From: Candidatus Omnitrophota bacterium
Lineage (GTDB): Bacteria > Omnitrophota > Gorgyraeia > 1-14-0-20-64-10
NCBI GenBank assembly: GCA_023248155.1
Contig: JAHFFE010000001.1
Location: 20,873 to 84,872, forward strand
DNA: 64,000 nt
Direction: 5' to 3'
Position numbers and translations under genes: made by a program
The notes under the pieces: generated by a model
Told to the model about the DNA's origin: nothing
Databases searched by the model: none
The model's input: only the letters and a program-made list of their open reading frames with translations
In this document: piece by piece, positions 37,491-46,067 of the stretch
Position numbering within the stretch: position 1 is the first letter of the stretch
How the letters are laid out: every line of letters begins with the position of its first letter

Positions 37491-38057
37491 TTAGCCGGCC
37501 TTGGTCGGATCCAGCGTTGTTAATATCTTTGCCAGATCGTCGGCATGTTCTTCTTCAGACGCCAAAATTCCTTCCAGCATCCGCCGCGTCGTCGGATCAT
37601 TTTCTCCAAGATAACGGATCATTTCCGAGTACGATTCAATGGCGATTCGCTCGGCAACCAAATCTTCCTCGACCATGCTGATCAATGAGTCGCCTTCTTT
37701 GTACTCCGAATGACTCCGGGTCGTCAGCCCTTCCGGATTAAAATTGGGCTCCCCCTGCAATTGCGTGATGCGCGCAGCGATCTGATCGGCATGGGCTTGT
37801 TCTTCATTGGTATGCTCAAGAAATTCCTGCGCAACCGGCTCGGCATGAATTCCTTGCGCCATATAATAATGACGTTTGTAGCGGAGCACGCAGACAATCT
37901 CCGTGGCCAGCGCTTCATTCAGCAGTCGGAGCACTACATCGCGCTGGGCTTTGTACCCTTCCGTGACGGAACCCTGCTTAATATGCTTGCGCGCGCGAAG
38001 CCTTAACTCTTTGATGTCAGAGAGGAAACCGTTCGTTGTTGGTGTTGTTTTAGACAT
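37491..38057 (-). CDS. Bacterioferritin/ferritin-like protein
   Basis: LNEALATEIVCVLRY, EE..HAD, EDLVAERIAIESY, EEEHADD. Confidence 0.9.
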   Translation of the reverse strand: MSKTTPTTNGFLSDIKELRLRARKHIKQGSVTEGYKAQRDVVLRLLNEALATEIVCVLRYKRHYYMAQGIHAEPVAQEFLEHTNEEQAHADQIAARITQLQGEPNFNPEGLTTRSHSEYKEGDSLISMVEEDLVAERIAIESYSEMIRYLGENDPTTRRMLEGILASEEEHADDLAKILTTLDPTKAG

Positions 38058-38068
38058 GACCGGTTCTC

Positions 38069-38311
38069 CTATTTACCCTTTGCCTGAGAACTCTCCGGTA
38101 CCAGCGTCTCTCCGCTGGGGTGAGCCTCTTTCTTGCTGATTAGCCAAGCCTGCGTATCCCACGACCCGCTGGGCCTCAACCCGGCGAGCCGGAGGGAATG
38201 GCCGGACCGTCCCACGTCCTGATATCGGAAGGTGACAAACCCTTCCTTGCCGCGTGTGACGATCCGGTAATATTTTCCCGTTCCCTTTGTTCCCGGCTTC
38301 GCTCGAGGCAT
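38069..38311 (-). CDS. Small conserved-looking hypothetical protein, possibly C-terminally truncated
   Basis: GAGGAG RBS; YYRI..R....F.TFR.QDVG..GH..R.AG...SGSWDTQAWLI. Confidence 0.65.
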   Translation of the reverse strand: MPRAKPGTKGTGKYYRIVTRGKEGFVTFRYQDVGRSGHSLRLAGLRPSGSWDTQAWLISKKEAHPSGETLVPESSQAKGK

Positions 38312-38323
38312 CTGCGTTCCTCC

Positions 38324-38587
38324 TCAGGCCCGCTTGACAACCCCGATGAGGGCCAGCAGCGACACCGCTCCAAACAGCGCCATCAAGAACGCGCCGATCG
38401 AGCTGTAGGTGTAAAGTCCCAATACCCCGAACAACCATCCGCCAAAGACGGCGCCCAGGATACCCACGATAATATCTCCCAGGACTCCAAACCCCCGGCC
38501 CTTCATCAATAGCCCAGCGACCCATCCTGCAAACAACCCAATCAACAGAAACCAGAGCCAGTGCTCAAACCGTTCGGTGTATACCAT
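38324..38587 (-). CDS. GlsB/YeaQ/YmgE-family stress membrane protein
   Basis: LLIGLFAGWVAG.LM.G.GFG..GDIIVGILGA. Confidence 0.9.
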   Translation of the reverse strand: MVYTERFEHWLWFLLIGLFAGWVAGLLMKGRGFGVLGDIIVGILGAVFGGWLFGVLGLYTYSSIGAFLMALFGAVSLLALIGVVKRA

Positions 38588-38629
38588 TTTATTTTCCTCC
38601 TTGGTTAAATCTTCTCCATTCCACACAGG

Positions 38630-38673
38630 ATTCTACCCGTCCAAAATGAAGCATTCATTACTTCTGAATTACA
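38630..38673 (-). promoter_or_regulatory. Triple half-site promoter D
   Basis: TGTAAT-N5-AGTAAT-N5-CTTCAT-N10-TAGAAT. Confidence 0.68.
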
Positions 38674-38691
38674 GATTCTTTACCTGGACCG

Positions 38692-39264
38692 TTAACGCTT
38701 ATAAGAAACACCTGCCAACCAGGTATCGCTGTCTATTCCGCTGTTGCGCTCATTCGTGCCGCCATTGGAAATATGCGTGCGGCGGTATTCCAGAATCAGC
38801 GCTGTATTTTCCGACATCTGGTAGCGGGTTCCGATTCCGCTCTGAATCAGGAAGTTATAGTCGGATCCGGTCTCCGGCCGGTCAATGTGGCCCCTTACTC
38901 CGCCGAACGCCCCGGTAATATACGGCTGCAAGCGCGAATCGGGATAAAGCGCGTAATTGAATTTTAAAAGGCTGATGCCGTACAGGGGCCGGTTGTAGGG
39001 GGTGTAAATTTCGGCAAAAAACAGTTCCGGATTCCATTCAAATCGCCCGCGGCACCAGGCCGGGCCCGTAGGTTTAGTTAGCGGAACTACTAGGGACGGT
39101 AAAACCGGAATCATCTCGAAACCGGTTGGTTGAGCACTATTTTGCTGAGAGCGGGCATACCCGGCACGCAGCTCCAGCCGCTCGGCGCGTATCGGCCCTT
39201 CCCAGCCGGGAATTAACGATCCCATCAGCAATCCAATCGTCAGCACGATCGAGAAGAAAACCAT
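38692..39264 (-). CDS. PagL-like lipid A 3-O-deacylase (acyloxyacyl hydrolase)
   Basis: Small beta-barrel; NF..Q.G.G, HISNG catalytic motif, N.GID. Confidence 0.82.
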   Translation of the reverse strand: MVFFSIVLTIGLLMGSLIPGWEGPIRAERLELRAGYARSQQNSAQPTGFEMIPVLPSLVVPLTKPTGPAWCRGRFEWNPELFFAEIYTPYNRPLYGISLLKFNYALYPDSRLQPYITGAFGGVRGHIDRPETGSDYNFLIQSGIGTRYQMSENTALILEYRRTHISNGGTNERNSGIDSDTWLAGVSYKR

Positions 39265-39270
39265 GCTTCA

Positions 39271-39362
39271 ACCATACCGGGCGGGGATAACGGAAAAGTG
39301 AATTTGTGATTAAGAATCGTTCATTGAAAATTCATTCAGTTGTAATTTTCATATAGTAGAGT
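39271..39362. promoter_or_regulatory. Divergent triple half-site promoters E (-) and F (+)
   Basis: Minus 39314-39271: CTTAAT-N5-ATTCAC-N5-CGTTAT-N10-TATGGT. Plus 39319-39362: GTTCAT-N5-ATTCAT-N5-TGTAAT-N10-TAGAGT. Confidence 0.62.
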
Positions 39363-39384
39363 TCAGCGCAGGAGGACTACGACA

Positions 39385-39513
39385 ATGAAACTTTTATATC
39401 GATTGTTTGTTTTAGGGCTGGTGGCGGGAACGCTCGCGGGTTGCTGTGGAAAGACAGTAGTCAAAGAAAGTCCGCAGCCGGTAGTGGTAGAAGAGCATCA
39501 CCACCATTATTAA
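39385..39513 (+). CDS. Small lipoprotein with a His4 tail (42 aa)
   Basis: AGGAGG RBS; MKLLYRLFVLGLVAGTLAGCCGKTVVKESPQPVVVEEHHHHY; LAGC lipobox. Confidence 0.8.
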   Translation: MKLLYRLFVLGLVAGTLAGCCGKTVVKESPQPVVVEEHHHHY

Positions 39514-39551
39514 TCGGTAATTGCAAAGAAAAACAAAGGGGGTGATACACC

Positions 39552-39671
39552 ATGGCAAAGAAAAGTCGCGGGGGACGAATGACAGCGGCAAAGAATCGAG
39601 CCGCTAAAAGTCCGGGCGGACATGGACCGGTAAGAAAACGTGCAGCCGGCCGGAACATCATGTCCACCTAA
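39552..39671 (+). CDS. Small basic protein (39 aa)
   Basis: GGGGGTGA RBS; MAKKSRGGRMTAAKNRAAKSPGGHGPVRKRAAGRNIMST. Confidence 0.72.
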   Translation: MAKKSRGGRMTAAKNRAAKSPGGHGPVRKRAAGRNIMST

Positions 39672-39765
39672 AACCGATAGAATATTTTTACTGTTTTCAG
39701 CGGTGCCGGGTTTGCTGCTAATCAACCAACCCGGCATCTGTTTTTTTAATCAAATTGTGTTCCGT

Positions 39766-40410
39766 TTAGTGGGGCGCCACATACAAGCGGATGGCCAGAT
39801 AATGGCAGATGCTGCCGGCCAACACGAACAAATGCCAAACCGTGTGCGCGAACGGCGTTCTTTTCAGAAAAAATAACGGAACGCCTGCGCTGTAAAGCAG
39901 GCCGCCTGCCACCAGCCAATGGATTCCCGCCATCGGCAGATTTTCCAATAAGGGACGGCCGCCGAGCACAATCAGCCAGCCCATAACCAGATACGACACA
40001 CTCGAAAATATCTGCAGCTTCTCCGCCGGAAAGCACCACAATACAGCGATACCCGCCGCCGCCAAACCCCAAATGACGCCGAACAAAGCCCAGCCCAGCG
40101 GACTACGGATAGAAACCAGCATGAACGGTGTGTAGGTTCCGGCGATCAGCAGATAAATGGCAGACTGGTCGATAATTTCAAATACGCGCTTAACCCGGCC
40201 CCAGACCGCGTGATAAATCAGCGAGGCGGTAAATAGTGTGATCAAGCATGCTCCATAGACGCTGAAGCTGACCACCTGCCAGGCATTACCATGAAGCGCG
40301 GCCGGCACCACCAGCGCAACCAGTCCCACGATGCTTAAAAAAATCCCCACGCCACAAATAGAAACATTCGTGATTTCTTCAGCCGGTGATGGGAAGTTTT
40401 TATTATTCAT
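39766..40410 (-). CDS. Hemolysin III/PAQR-family membrane protein
   Basis: EEITN, SLIYH, DQSAIYLLIAGTYTPF, YLVMGW, HTVWHLFV. Confidence 0.92.
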   Translation of the reverse strand: MNNKNFPSPAEEITNVSICGVGIFLSIVGLVALVVPAALHGNAWQVVSFSVYGACLITLFTASLIYHAVWGRVKRVFEIIDQSAIYLLIAGTYTPFMLVSIRSPLGWALFGVIWGLAAAGIAVLWCFPAEKLQIFSSVSYLVMGWLIVLGGRPLLENLPMAGIHWLVAGGLLYSAGVPLFFLKRTPFAHTVWHLFVLAGSICHYLAIRLYVAPH

Positions 40411-40433
40411 GGTTGGTTCAATCCTTGGATTAA

Positions 40434-40507
40434 TGGTTGCCCCGCCTGGATTCGAACCAGGACAAGCAGATCCAGAATCTGCTGTGCTACCGTTACACCA
40501 CAGGGCA
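40434..40507 (-). tRNA. tRNA-Gln(CTG)
   Basis: TGCCCTG/CGGGGCA acceptor stem, GCAGA-TTCTGGA-TCTGC anticodon arm, GGTTCGAATCC, encoded CCA. Confidence 0.96.
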
Positions 40508-40533
40508 ATAAAGGGGGAGGAAAGGTTATTTTA

Positions 40534-41835
40534 TCATAAAGCGCAGAGGGTCGAGGCGGCGCTTTTAAGGCGGGGAATGGTCCGGTCCCGCCCGGCTACT
40601 TCTAAAATATGGAACAAGCTGGGGCCTACGGAACGGCCGGTGACCGCCACGCGCGTCGGGTGAATTAAATCGGCCGCTTTAAGGCCCAGCTCGGTGGCCA
40701 GCGCGCGGCAGGCCGCTTCAATTCCAGCGGTATCCCATTTTGGCAGCGCTTCCAGCTTGGCGGCATATTTCGTGAGCCGCTCGGCCACGCCCGGCTGTTT
40801 TAACCGCAGCGCGACGGCCTCGGGATCGAATGGAATTTCATCGGTGAACAGTCCGCGTGTCTGTTTGCAAAAATCTTCAACCGTTTCAATGCGCGTTTTG
40901 TACAGCTCGACCACCTGCGCAACCCAGGCCGGATCCAGCGTGCCATTTAACCAGCCATGCGCATTCAGCGCTTCTTTGGCCAGCGGCAGCAGCTGCTCAA
41001 TCGGCATCTTCTGCAAATACTGGCTGTTCATCCAGGACAGTTTGGTCAAATCAAACATGGCGCCGGTCTTGCCGATCCGTTTTAAATCAAACTCTTTGAT
41101 AATTTCTTCGATTGGCAGAATTTCGCGGTCCCCGCCGGGCGACCAGCCGAGCAGCGACAAAAAGTTGACCATCGCGTCGGGCAGATAGCCGGCATTTTTG
41201 TATTCCTGAATGCTGGTGGCGCCATGCCGCTTAGAGAGGCGTGACCGGTCGGTACCCAAAATCAGCGGGATATGGACGAATTTCGGAATCGGCAGATTCA
41301 TCGTCTGATACAGCAAAATCTGCTTGGGTGTGTTCGAGATATGGTCGTCGCCGCGGATCACATGGGTAATGCCGAAATCGGAATCATCAATGACACAGGC
41401 GAAATTGTAGGTCGGCATGCCGTCGGATTTAATCAACACCTGGTCTTTAATATCCAGCGTGTTGAACTGCACCGGGCCATGCACCACATCGTCGAACGAA
41501 ATGATCTGGCCGGGGGTTACCTTGAAAATGATCGCTTCCCCGTCTTTATAGGCCACGCCGCGCTGTAAAAGCTCCTCGGCTTTGGCCCGGTATTTTTCGA
41601 GGCGTTTGCTCTGATACTCGAGCGTGGTATTGTCCCAGTTCAAGCCGAGCCATTTCAGCGAAGCAATGATCTCTTCTAAAAACTCCGGTTTGGAGCGGAT
41701 CAGGTCGGTATCTTCGACGCGCAGAAAAAACTGCCCACCCTCGTGGCGCGCGAATAGCCAGTTGAACAACGCGGTGCGGGCCGAGCCGACATGCAAATAG
41801 CCGGTCGGACTGGGAGCAAAACGGACTTTAACCAT
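40534..41835 (-). CDS. gltX: Glutamate-tRNA ligase
   Basis: RFAPSPTGYLHVG, IRGDDH, RLSKRHGA. Confidence 0.96.
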   Translation of the reverse strand: MVKVRFAPSPTGYLHVGSARTALFNWLFARHEGGQFFLRVEDTDLIRSKPEFLEEIIASLKWLGLNWDNTTLEYQSKRLEKYRAKAEELLQRGVAYKDGEAIIFKVTPGQIISFDDVVHGPVQFNTLDIKDQVLIKSDGMPTYNFACVIDDSDFGITHVIRGDDHISNTPKQILLYQTMNLPIPKFVHIPLILGTDRSRLSKRHGATSIQEYKNAGYLPDAMVNFLSLLGWSPGGDREILPIEEIIKEFDLKRIGKTGAMFDLTKLSWMNSQYLQKMPIEQLLPLAKEALNAHGWLNGTLDPAWVAQVVELYKTRIETVEDFCKQTRGLFTDEIPFDPEAVALRLKQPGVAERLTKYAAKLEALPKWDTAGIEAACRALATELGLKAADLIHPTRVAVTGRSVGPSLFHILEVAGRDRTIPRLKSAASTLCAL

Positions 41836-42109
41836 CCGCATAATCACCCGACGAAGTTTCGCGTAATCGCTCGCGCACTTCGTCGAACAAACGCGCGTCG
41901 GCTTTGGCGCCCGATGATTTCACGAGCACTTCCACCTTTTTGGCGGCCGTGTCGAGCTGTTTGCGGCACTCGCGCACCAGCGCGACGCCTTCCTCAAAAT
42001 GTTTGAGGCGGGCTTCCAATGAAAGATCGGTTTCCTGCAATTTGCCGACGATCTCTTCGAGCCGTTCGAGCGCTCCTTCAAATGATCCTGATTTATTTTT
42101 GGATGCCAT
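41828..42109 (-). CDS. xseB: Exodeoxyribonuclease VII small subunit
   Basis: SFEGALERLEEIV..L....LSLE....FEEG..L...C. Confidence 0.93.
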   Translation of the reverse strand: MASKNKSGSFEGALERLEEIVGKLQETDLSLEARLKHFEEGVALVRECRKQLDTAAKKVEVLVKSSGAKADARLFDEVRERLRETSSGDYADG

Positions 42110-42122
42110 GGGATTTAGTTCC

Positions 42123-43493
42123 TTACTCCGGTTCTATTGATTCTACACGACTGATCAGCTGCCCGCGATGAAGTTTTGTCCGGATCGATTCACCGGCGCT
42201 CAGCTGCTTGGCTTCGCGCACGATCTTGCCGTTCTCGTCGAAGGTGATCGAATAGCCGCGATTCAAAACGGCCAGCGGACTGAGCGCATGCAGGCGGCCG
42301 GCGAAACCCTGAACGCTGTCGATGTCATTGACCAGCGACCGGACGATCCCCTGCGTTAAATAGACCTGTGCCACGTTCAGCCGTTCCTGCTCCTGCGCGA
42401 TCCAGGCCTGCGGCGAACAGAGCTTGAGTTGTTCTTCCAGGCCTTCCAGCTGGCTGACTGCTTCCAATAACGGCGCGCGCAGTTCCCGGATTAAATCTTC
42501 TTCGATCTGATCGAGCGGTTCTTTTTGTTCGAGCAGCCACTCATCGAACCGTCCAAACACGGGATCTTCGAGAACAACGCGCAAACGGTCGAGACAAATG
42601 CGGCGCTGCGCCAGCACCATTTCGGCGGCGCGCGTCGGCGTGGGTGCGCGCAAATCAGCTACCAGGTCGGAAATCGAAACATCTTTCTCGTGGCCGACCG
42701 CAGAAATAACCGGAAGCTTGGAGGCGGCTACGGCCCGCGCGACGATCTCTTCATTGAACGCCCATAAATCTTCCAAAGAACCGCCGCCCCGGCCGACGAT
42801 AATCAGATCCAGATTGCCCAGCGCGTTGAGCTGCTCGATGCCGCGCACGATCGCTTCGGCAGCACCCTGCCCCTGCACGCGCGCCGGGCAAAGTGTCACG
42901 CTCACCTGTCCGCGCAGAACTTTCAGCATGTCGTCGATCGCAGCACCGGTCGGCGAGGTCACGATACCGATCCGTTCCGGGAAAAGCGGCAGCGGCCGTT
43001 TCCGTTCTTCGGCGAACAGGCCGTCCTGCTGTAATTTTTCTTTCAGCTGTTCAAACGCCAGCTGCAGCGCGCCGATCCCCTTGGGTTCCATCGCCCAGAC
43101 GATAAATTTTACATCGCCGCGCGGCGGATAAAATTCCGGCTTGCCGCAACAGATCACTTTCATTCCCTGCTCGGGCCGAAACGGCAGCTTCTGAAAATTT
43201 TCGCGCCAGATCACCGACTTCAACGAAGCGCCGGCATCTTTTAGATCAAACCAGCAGTGGCCGCTCGGATAAATTTTCGGGTCGGACAGTTCACCCTCAA
43301 CCCAGACCGACTGCGGAAAGGTATCCTCGAAAATTCCTTTGATCCGGTTGGACAGCTGGGAAACCGTGTAGATTTTTCGGGCTGAGGAAGAATCGGTGTT
43401 CTGAAACGGATCATTCGCTGCGGGATCGGCCGGTTTTTCCGGAGGGCGATCGCCCCGGCCAAAATTTTGCAGCGAGTACGGACGGATCCGCAC
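42123..43493 (-). CDS. xseA: Exodeoxyribonuclease VII large subunit
   Basis: SGHCWFDLKD, TSPTGAA, RGGGSLEDLWAFNEE, AVGHE, TPT.AAE. Confidence 0.95.
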   Translation of the reverse strand: MRIRPYSLQNFGRGDRPPEKPADPAANDPFQNTDSSSARKIYTVSQLSNRIKGIFEDTFPQSVWVEGELSDPKIYPSGHCWFDLKDAGASLKSVIWRENFQKLPFRPEQGMKVICCGKPEFYPPRGDVKFIVWAMEPKGIGALQLAFEQLKEKLQQDGLFAEERKRPLPLFPERIGIVTSPTGAAIDDMLKVLRGQVSVTLCPARVQGQGAAEAIVRGIEQLNALGNLDLIIVGRGGGSLEDLWAFNEEIVARAVAASKLPVISAVGHEKDVSISDLVADLRAPTPTRAAEMVLAQRRICLDRLRVVLEDPVFGRFDEWLLEQKEPLDQIEEDLIRELRAPLLEAVSQLEGLEEQLKLCSPQAWIAQEQERLNVAQVYLTQGIVRSLVNDIDSVQGFAGRLHALSPLAVLNRGYSITFDENGKIVREAKQLSAGESIRTKLHRGQLISRVESIEPE

Positions 43494-44330
43494 CTACTCC
43501 TCCAGAAACCCCATCGCGCGCAGGCTCAATGCTTGCCGGCCTGCGATAATCAGATGGTCCAGTACCGGAATCCCGATCAACTGACCGGCTTCCATGAGGC
43601 GGCGGGTTAGCGCGATATCTTCGGAGCTGGGATCCGGATCGCCCGACGGATGGTTGTGCGCCACGATGATCGCGGCCGCGCCCTCGGTAATCGCCTCGCG
43701 AAACGTTTCACGCGGATGGACCACGCTCATATCGAGCGTGCCGATTGAAACAGACGATGCGCGCAAAACGCGGTGGCGCGAATCAAGCAGGATCACGACG
43801 AATTGTTCTTTTTTCTTTCCGGAGAGTACTTTGCGCGCCGCAGCAATGGCAGTCTCCACCGTTTCAATCGCCTTGCTCGACGGATAGCTGGCCGCCAGTT
43901 CCAGCCGGCGGCCGATTTCAAATGCCGCTTTCAGCTGCACCGCTTTGGCCTGGCCGATCCCGGACACGCGGGCCAGTTCACCGACGGAGGCCTGCGCCAG
44001 TTTATCGAGCGAGCCGTATTTCTGAAGCAGTTTTTGTGAAAGCGCGATCACCGATTCGCCCGCCGAGCCGCGGCCCAGCAAACAGGCCAGCAGTTCCTGC
44101 AATGAAAGCGCTTCAGGGCCAAGCGCATGCATCCGTTCGCGCGGCCGTTCGGACGACGGCAGGTCTCTGACAGTAAACGCCGCTTTCGGACGACGGGACG
44201 CCTGAGCGCTCTTGCCCGATTTAAGCGCTTTTTCGCGCAGTTCCGATTTCCAAAGATTCAGCGCGAGTGCGGCCACATTCGGTGCGTCCAGAAAAACAGC
44301 GGGTTGCGGGTTCGGTGGATTGTCGTTCAT
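43494..44330 (-). CDS. radC: RadC/UPF0758 JAB-domain protein
   Basis: ERPRER, VHPRE, AHNHPSGDP.PS.ED, LDHLII. Confidence 0.93.
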   Translation of the reverse strand: MNDNPPNPQPAVFLDAPNVAALALNLWKSELREKALKSGKSAQASRRPKAAFTVRDLPSSERPRERMHALGPEALSLQELLACLLGRGSAGESVIALSQKLLQKYGSLDKLAQASVGELARVSGIGQAKAVQLKAAFEIGRRLELAASYPSSKAIETVETAIAAARKVLSGKKKEQFVVILLDSRHRVLRASSVSIGTLDMSVVHPRETFREAITEGAAAIIVAHNHPSGDPDPSSEDIALTRRLMEAGQLIGIPVLDHLIIAGRQALSLRAMGFLEE

Positions 44331-44333
44331 CCG

Positions 44334-45128
44334 TTAGTCTCCAAATTGTTCCTGCACGCGCTCAATCGAGAGCGCCTTGCCGGTTTGCGGATCGATATCA
44401 ATAATCGCGCCGCACAATTTCACATTCCCCTTGGCTACATCAAATTTATTCGGCATGCCGGTTAAAAAGCGGTCGAGCACCGGCTCTACTTCGCGGCCGA
44501 TCACTGAATCGTACGGGCCGGTCATTCCCAAATCGGTCAGATAGGCGGTCCCTTTCGGAAGGATTCGCTCGTCGGCAGTCTGAATATGTGTGTGCGTGCC
44601 GACCACGGCGCTGACTTTTCCGTCGAGGTACCAACCCATCACGATTTTTTCCGAAGTCGCTTCGGCATGCATATCGACTAAAATGATCGGTGTCTGCTTG
44701 CGGATCTCTTCAATCTGCGCCATTCCCAAGCGGAACGGATCATCGAGCGCGTCAATGCCCATGAAAACACGCCCCAGCAAATTCACTACGCCGACTTTTA
44801 CGCCGTTGCGCGCCGTATAAACATAAGCGCCAAAACCGGGCGTTTGTTTGGGGTAATTCAACGGTTTGAGCAGGCGCGGTTCGGCATCCATGTACGGGCC
44901 GATCTCGCGGTAGCGCCAGATATGCTGGCCGCTGGTCAGCATGTCGACGCCCGATACGGCGAGCAGTTCCTCGGCCGCTTTCGGCGTAACACCGGCGCCG
45001 CCGGAAACATTTTCACAGTTGACGGCCGTAAAATCGATTTTGTGCTTGGCGCGTAAAACCGGCACCAGCGCCTTTACGGCATCGCGCCCCGGAGAACCCA
45101 CCACATCGCCTACCATCAAAATTTTCAA
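44334..45128 (-). CDS. ymdB: YmdB/TIGR00282 metallophosphoesterase
   Basis: GDVVGSPGR, DMHAEATSEK, GTHTHIQTAD, TDLGMTGP. Confidence 0.92.
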   Translation of the reverse strand: MKILMVGDVVGSPGRDAVKALVPVLRAKHKIDFTAVNCENVSGGAGVTPKAAEELLAVSGVDMLTSGQHIWRYREIGPYMDAEPRLLKPLNYPKQTPGFGAYVYTARNGVKVGVVNLLGRVFMGIDALDDPFRLGMAQIEEIRKQTPIILVDMHAEATSEKIVMGWYLDGKVSAVVGTHTHIQTADERILPKGTAYLTDLGMTGPYDSVIGREVEPVLDRFLTGMPNKFDVAKGNVKLCGAIIDIDPQTGKALSIERVQEQFGD

Positions 45129-45694
45129 CGAAGCACCCTTTTTTCGGTCACTACGCGGCAGACCTTCTGATCGTGCGGTTCGTGCGGAACCTGCGCGACA
45201 ATCTGCGTCTCAAACGCCAGCGCCACACGCCAGACATCGCCCGGCAATTTTTCCAGATAACGGTCAAAATAACCTTTGCCGCGTCCCAGCCGGTACCCTT
45301 CGGCGTCAAACGCCACGCCGGGCAGAATCACCAGATCCAGATCGGCCGGTTTCACCTGCCGTCTGCGCGCAACCGACGGGTGAGGAATGCCGAACAGGCC
45401 AATCGTTTTAAGATCTTTTTCCAGGTTGCGCACGCGGCAGGCAATCAATTTTCCATCGGGAAGCGCCACCGGAACGCTTAAGCGCCGGCCGGACCGCAAA
45501 ATGCGGCGCAGCAGCGAGCGGGTATCCACCTCTTCACGGACGGAGACATAACAAAGAACATCTTTCGCCTGCCGATAGGCGGCTAACCGGGTCAATTTCT
45601 GCGTGATAACGCGGCTTTTTCGAACCCGAAGCGCAGCGGATTGTCGGTGAAGATCTTTGAGGATTGTCTGACGCAAACGACGCTTATCGATCAT
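45125..45694 (-). CDS. ygfA: 5-formyltetrahydrofolate cyclo-ligase
   Basis: EVDT, PGVAFD..GYRLGRGKGYFDRYL, EPHD. Confidence 0.93.
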   Translation of the reverse strand: MIDKRRLRQTILKDLHRQSAALRVRKSRVITQKLTRLAAYRQAKDVLCYVSVREEVDTRSLLRRILRSGRRLSVPVALPDGKLIACRVRNLEKDLKTIGLFGIPHPSVARRRQVKPADLDLVILPGVAFDAEGYRLGRGKGYFDRYLEKLPGDVWRVALAFETQIVAQVPHEPHDQKVCRVVTEKRVLR

Positions 45695-45731
45695 CCGGAA
45701 TTCAGAATAACACAGGCGGGCTTAAAATGCC

Positions 45732-45768
45732 AACGCCTCTGTTTCCCAGGTGAAACAGAGGCGTTTTT
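45732..45768. terminator. 14-bp hairpin downstream of the GEMM aptamer
   Basis: AACGCCTCTGTTTC-CCAGGT-GAAACAGAGGCGTT. Confidence 0.7.
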
Positions 45769-45778
45769 ACTCAATGAC

Positions 45779-45939
45779 CGGCAGCTGGCTGTCCTGCAAA
45801 ATAGTCCGGTGAATTCTTATCCGGAACATCATCGGCATATCATGCCGGACCCTTTAGCTTTGCGTCCCTATCTTTCGATCTGCGCCCTTTTTTCATGTAA
45901 GCGCATTCATCCGGCGCTGTGCCGTATGAAGGTTTGCCG
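45779..45939 (-). ncRNA. c-di-GMP-I (GEMM) riboswitch aptamer with large insertions
   Basis: GGCAAACCT[insert]ATCGAAAGATAGGGACGCAAAGCTAAAGGGTCC[insert]GGACAGCCAGCTGCCG. Confidence 0.78.
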
Positions 45940-46067
45940 AAAACACGGCCTGAGTTGGCAACCACTTACTACGGGTATTATCCAGGCAAACGAAATATAC
46001 CTGATACTTTTATACAATGGCAAGAGTGCAAAAATATTTTAGTGGAATAAAACTTTATCTAGGGAGG

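Noticed and set aside
43494-44330. RadC as a marker of a mobile element or defence system
   Set aside because: Full-length chromosomal type among core genes; no integrase or CBASS genes, and the second JAB protein lies in a cysteine context.
45641-46042. 133-aa plus-strand ORF
   Set aside because: Antisense to the GEMM RNA; no RBS or recognisable motif.
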